DNA of 64,000 bases, from assembly GCA_017848335.1 (NCBI GenBank), contig JAGDAX010000014.1, positions 4,560 to 68,559 of the forward strand. The letters run 5' to 3'. How positions within the stretch are numbered: the stretch's first letter is position 1; every line of letters starts with the position of its first letter. Below, one piece after another: positions 62,440 through 64,000 of this stretch. The stretch is from Clostridia bacterium. Its GTDB lineage: Bacteria; Bacillota; Clostridia; UBA1212. The translations under genes and the position numbers were made by a program. A model generated the notes under the pieces. That model searched no databases, was not told the DNA's origin, and saw only the letters and a list, made by a program, of their open reading frames with translations.

Positions 62440-63274
62440 CGTTAAGGAGACGATGAAAGCCGCCGCCGAGATAAGAAAGGGTGTCCTGAGGGCACTGGCG
62501 GCGGCGGGCTCCGGCCACATCGGCGGGAGCATGTCTCTCGCCGAAATGCTGGCCGTTCTGTATACCGACGTGCTCAATATCGACTCGTCGGTGCCGGACA
62601 TGCCGGAGAGGGACTACGTGGTGCTGTCAAAGGGCCACTGCGGCCCGGCGCTCTATTCCACGCTGGCTTACAAGGGATATTTCCCGGCGGAGGAGCTGCT
62701 GACGCTCAACAAGGGCGGCACCAATCTTCCCAGCCATTGCGACAGGCTCAAAACCACAGGCATTGACATAAGCACCGGTTCTCTGGGTCAGGGTATTTCT
62801 CTGGCCACAGGCGTTGCCATGGGCAAAAAGCTTCAGGGCATCCCGGGCACCGTATACGTGATCGTCGGCGACGGCGAGCTCCAGGAGGGCCAGAACTGGG
62901 AAGCGCTCATGTTTATTGCACATCACAAGCTTTCCAACATCGTGGTGATCGTGGACAATAACGGACGCCAGCTGGACGGCTACACGGCGGACATCTGCGC
63001 CGAGGAGGACCTCAAGGCCAAATTCGAAGCCTTCGGGTTTGAAGCCGTGAGGGCCGACGGACACGACGTCAGGGCGCTTTACGACGCCTTCTGCGCAGCC
63101 TCGGAATGCGGAAAACCTGCGGCTGTCATCTGCGACACCGTCAAGGGGCACGGCTGCTCATTGTCGGAAATTGACGGATTTAACCACTATATGCCGGTAT
63201 CCCCCGAGGACGCTGAAGCCGCCATCGCAGAGATCGACCGGAGACTGGAGGTGGCCTATGAGCATATTGCTTGA
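62414..63274 (+). CDS. transketolase, N-terminal (TPP-binding) subunit
   Basis: AGSGHIGGSMS, SKGHCGPALY, GDGELQEGQNWE motifs. Alternative start ATG 62453 (AAGGAG RBS) would remove the 26-nt overlap with the upstream gene. Confidence 0.85.
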   Translation: MPSKKKPFDVKETMKAAAEIRKGVLRALAAAGSGHIGGSMSLAEMLAVLYTDVLNIDSSVPDMPERDYVVLSKGHCGPALYSTLAYKGYFPAEELLTLNKGGTNLPSHCDRLKTTGIDISTGSLGQGISLATGVAMGKKLQGIPGTVYVIVGDGELQEGQNWEALMFIAHHKLSNIVVIVDNNGRQLDGYTADICAEEDLKAKFEAFGFEAVRADGHDVRALYDAFCAASECGKPAAVICDTVKGHGCSLSEIDGFNHYMPVSPEDAEAAIAEIDRRLEVAYEHIA

Positions 63275-64000
63275 CAATTTCGCGCCGGACACCGTGGAAA
63301 TGCGCCAGGCCTACTGCGACGCCATGATCAGGGAGGCGACCGCCAACGAAAAAATCATGGTCATCGACGCCGACGTGAGCCATTCCGTGGGCACCGGACG
63401 TTTCTATGAGGCGTTTCCGGACAGAGCCATTAACTGCGGAATAATGGAAGCCCACGCCGTGGGAATGAGCGCGGGAATGTCCGCCACGGGCCTTATACCG
63501 TTTTTCCACGCCTTCGGGATATTCGCCACCAGGAGAGTCTTCGATCAGATATTCATATCCTGCGCGTACCAGAAGCTCAACGTAAAGATAATCGGCGCGG
63601 ATCCGGGCGTTACCGCGGCCACCAACGGCGGCACGCACATGCCCTTTGAGGACCTGGGCCTTATGAGGCTCATACCCGGGGCCACGATAATAGAACCCGC
63701 CGACGCCACCATGTACGGCCAGATCGTCCACGACATGGCTTCGAATTACGGAATCTATTATCTCAGGACGTCCCGCCGCAAGACCGTCCGCATTTACCGC
63801 GACGGCGTGAAGTTTGAGACCGGCAAGGCCATTCAGCTGTACGACGGCAGCGACGTTGCCATTATCGCCTGCGGGATCATGGTTTACGAGGCCATCAAGG
63901 CCCGCGACCTTCTCAAGGCGGAGGGCATTGACGCGAGGGTTCTGGATATGCACACGCTGAAGCCTCTTGACAAGGCTGCCGTGATCGGCGCGGCCGTGGA
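63258..64000 (+). CDS. transketolase, C-terminal (pyrimidine-binding) subunit, 3' partial
   Basis: GGAGG RBS. MSILLDNFAPDTVEMRQAY...INCGIMEAHAVGMSAGMS...GGTHMPFEDL. The frame is open to the window edge, which is why it is absent from the ORF track. Confidence 0.85.
   Translation, partial: MSILLDNFAPDTVEMRQAYCDAMIREATANEKIMVIDADVSHSVGTGRFYEAFPDRAINCGIMEAHAVGMSAGMSATGLIPFFHAFGIFATRRVFDQIFISCAYQKLNVKIIGADPGVTAATNGGTHMPFEDLGLMRLIPGATIIEPADATMYGQIVHDMASNYGIYYLRTSRRKTVRIYRDGVKFETGKAIQLYDGSDVAIIACGIMVYEAIKARDLLKAEGIDARVLDMHTLKPLDKAAVIGAAV

Overview
This window is 64 kb of a high-GC (by eye about 60%) Gram-positive, Clostridia-like chromosome. That placement rests on GGAGG ribosome-binding sites, many Cys-lipobox lipoproteins with Pro/Thr/Glu linkers, and a CotH homologue. 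Everything here was read from the sequence and ORF translations only; family names are recalled motifs, not search results.

The backbone carries: a Cthe_2159-like beta-helix protein (5' partial), alpha/beta hydrolases and an esterase, two Gfo/Idh/MocA oxidoreductases, CotH, RluA- and RlmI-type RNA-modification enzymes, and a NUDIX hydrolase. It also carries one canonical GH78 alpha-L-rhamnosidase plus two GH78-like six-hairpin genes, a CE4 deacetylase, a class-3 lipase, and a Fur-family regulator with a metal ABC transporter (Zur/ZnuCB-like). Further genes are a lipid kinase, an EEP phosphatase, an M18 aminopeptidase, an aminotransferase, an amidohydrolase, an IS5-family transposase remnant, a minus-strand run of glycan-related lipoproteins, and a TPP-enzyme/split-transketolase cluster that runs off the 3' edge. 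I recognised no rRNA, tRNA or CRISPR array.

Two things stand out.

(1) An AT-rich (about one-third GC) island of roughly 10.5 kb sits at about 34.9-45.4 kb, between the aminopeptidase and aminotransferase genes. It contains, in order:
- a 280-aa tyrosine recombinase;
- a 235-bp segment bracketed by perfect 22-bp inverted repeats with lox/FRT-like architecture. It carries a near-consensus extended -10 promoter that currently points away from the cargo, so it is a candidate phase-variation inverton in an apparent OFF state;
- a 724-aa secreted protein with three cohesin-like modules;
- a 2,190-aa secreted multidomain protein with a Cys/His papain-like module and a C-terminal dockerin;
- an unlisted 37-codon ORF.

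I interpret this as a horizontally acquired, recombinase-switched, self-contained cohesin-dockerin surface complex.

(2) Nearly every host intergenic region, and at least four coding regions, carries its own short degenerate tandem-repeat array (units 10-47 bp, 2-10 copies). One of these arrays coincides with loss of the expected stop codon of the Fur-family gene.
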